Shown here piece by piece: positions 62,736 through 64,000 of a DNA stretch of 64,000 nt. This DNA is from Gekko japonicus (Eukaryota): the NCBI RefSeq assembly GCF_001447785.1, contig NW_015176464.1, positions 1-64,000 on the forward strand, written 5' to 3'. How positions within the stretch are numbered: the first letter of the stretch is position 1; each line of letters opens with the position of its first letter. The translations under genes were made by a program, and so were the position numbers. Below the pieces are notes generated by a model. It searched no databases and was not told the DNA's origin. It worked only from the letters and a program-made list of their open reading frames with translations.

Positions 62736-63705
62736 GTAACAGACAGCTGTTGTTCCTTATGTCTGACATCTCTGTGGGGTTGGGATGGCCGGTATGTTGT
62801 AAAAATCTCTGGGAACATTCAGTACTCTCCTGTAAAGTCCCATGTCAGCACAGGCTAGGCTGCATATTCTCTCCTCACTAGATCCAAGTGAAGCACTTTA
62901 TTTTCCCCACAGGAGTAAATGGGGAATGTGGGGTTAAACCTGCTCCCTCTAACTGCTGAGCCTGTGAGCTTACTTGGGAATGGACATCTGCTTCCCAGAT
63001 TGCAGCCTGTTTTGGACTTTGTTCAAGAGAATTATGTAGGACCATTGACAGCTGAACCAGTCTCCTACTATATAGCTCCACCCCTTCATCTCCATATCTC
63101 TGCCTCTGTTCAGTTTCTTGGTGTGATGCTAGTGTGGGTACACTATAGTGCGATGGAATCTTAAGCCTTTATAAGAGTGGTAGTGTTTGAAACTGGCTCT
63201 TTTTTAAAATAGATATAAATTGCAGCTTGGAAAAACTTATGTATGTGTATTCTTAGAAATTTTTGAGAGATGCAAGTCCCACAGTCAGTCATTTGGAGAA
63301 TCTTATATACAGTTGTGTGCAGCCTTCTGCTGCTCCCTGTGAAAATAAATGTATTTGAGCAGTACTCCAATAACTCTGCCTCCACTTGAAATCACATATG
63401 AGATTTTTTTTTGTTAGGCCAAAGAAGCAGTACTTTGTAGATTGTCTACTTCTTGAATCATATTAGGATAGTGAGACAATATACAATCAGCCCTAGGAAT
63501 ATAATGTGAATTAATGACAATTTGATGGTTCTTTGCCATGGGGTACCTCATCTTGTCTGCTGAGGAAAGATCCTCTTCCTCCCTGACATTCCATGGTAGA
63601 GTCAGTGTGGTGTAGTAAATGTTGAACTAAGCTCTGGATTGACCCATGTTCAAATTCCCATTCTGCCATGAAGCTCACTGTATGACCTTGGACTAGTCAC
63701 TTCCA

Positions 63706-63906
63706 GGGGAGGGGCTGTGGCTCAGTGGGAGAGCCTCTGCTTTGCATACAGAAGGTTCCAGGTTCAGTCCCTGGCATCTCCAGTTAAAAGTATGAGACAG
63801 TAGGTGACGTAAAAAAACTCTACCTGGCAAGATGCTGCCAGTCTGACTAGGCAGTACTGACCTTGATGGACTGATAGTCTGATTCCATATAAGGCAGCTT
63901 CATATG
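63706..63906 (+). mobile_element. tRNA(Ala)-like-headed SINE
   Basis: GGGGCTGTGGCTCAGTGGGAGAGCCTCTGCTTTGCATACAGAAGGTTCCAGGTTCAGTCCCTGGCATCTCCA followed by a non-tRNA body. Confidence 0.7.
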
Positions 63907-64000
63907 TGCCCATGTGTAACATACATCACGGGCTTGTTAGAATATAATGGAGAAAGAGGAACAATCTGCAACAAAGCTCCATAAAAATATGGTAAATATA

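Overview
Eukaryotic (squamate reptile, most likely gecko) draft-assembly window with four N-gaps. The right third holds a conserved vertebrate gene block: C1GALT1C1/COSMC (+, single coding exon 48090-49040), MCTS1 (-, six coding exons, one U12-type intron) and the 5' end of CUL4B (+). About 2.5-41 kb has no recognisable host exons and is filled with RTE-BovB, CR1, L1-ORF1-only, Penelope, SINE, solo-LTR and hAT/Harbinger MITE insertions (many nested, with readable TSDs), plus a near-identical 6.1-kb tandem duplication. The most unusual part is the gap-bounded first contig (1-1870), which is AT-rich but not CpG-depleted. It contains what looks like a complete vertebrate Pol II snRNA-type transcription unit on the minus strand (SPH+octamer DSE, PSE at -63, U1-like start, terminal hairpin, 3' box). 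That unit encodes a ~344-nt highly structured RNA I cannot match to any known snRNA, with overlapping let-7 and miR-15/16 8-mer sites in its 3' single-stranded linker. Next to it are a probable second such unit, a tRNA-like element and a small membrane-protein ORF, an arrangement reminiscent of herpesvirus U RNA (HSUR) clusters. All motif matching and folding was done by eye.
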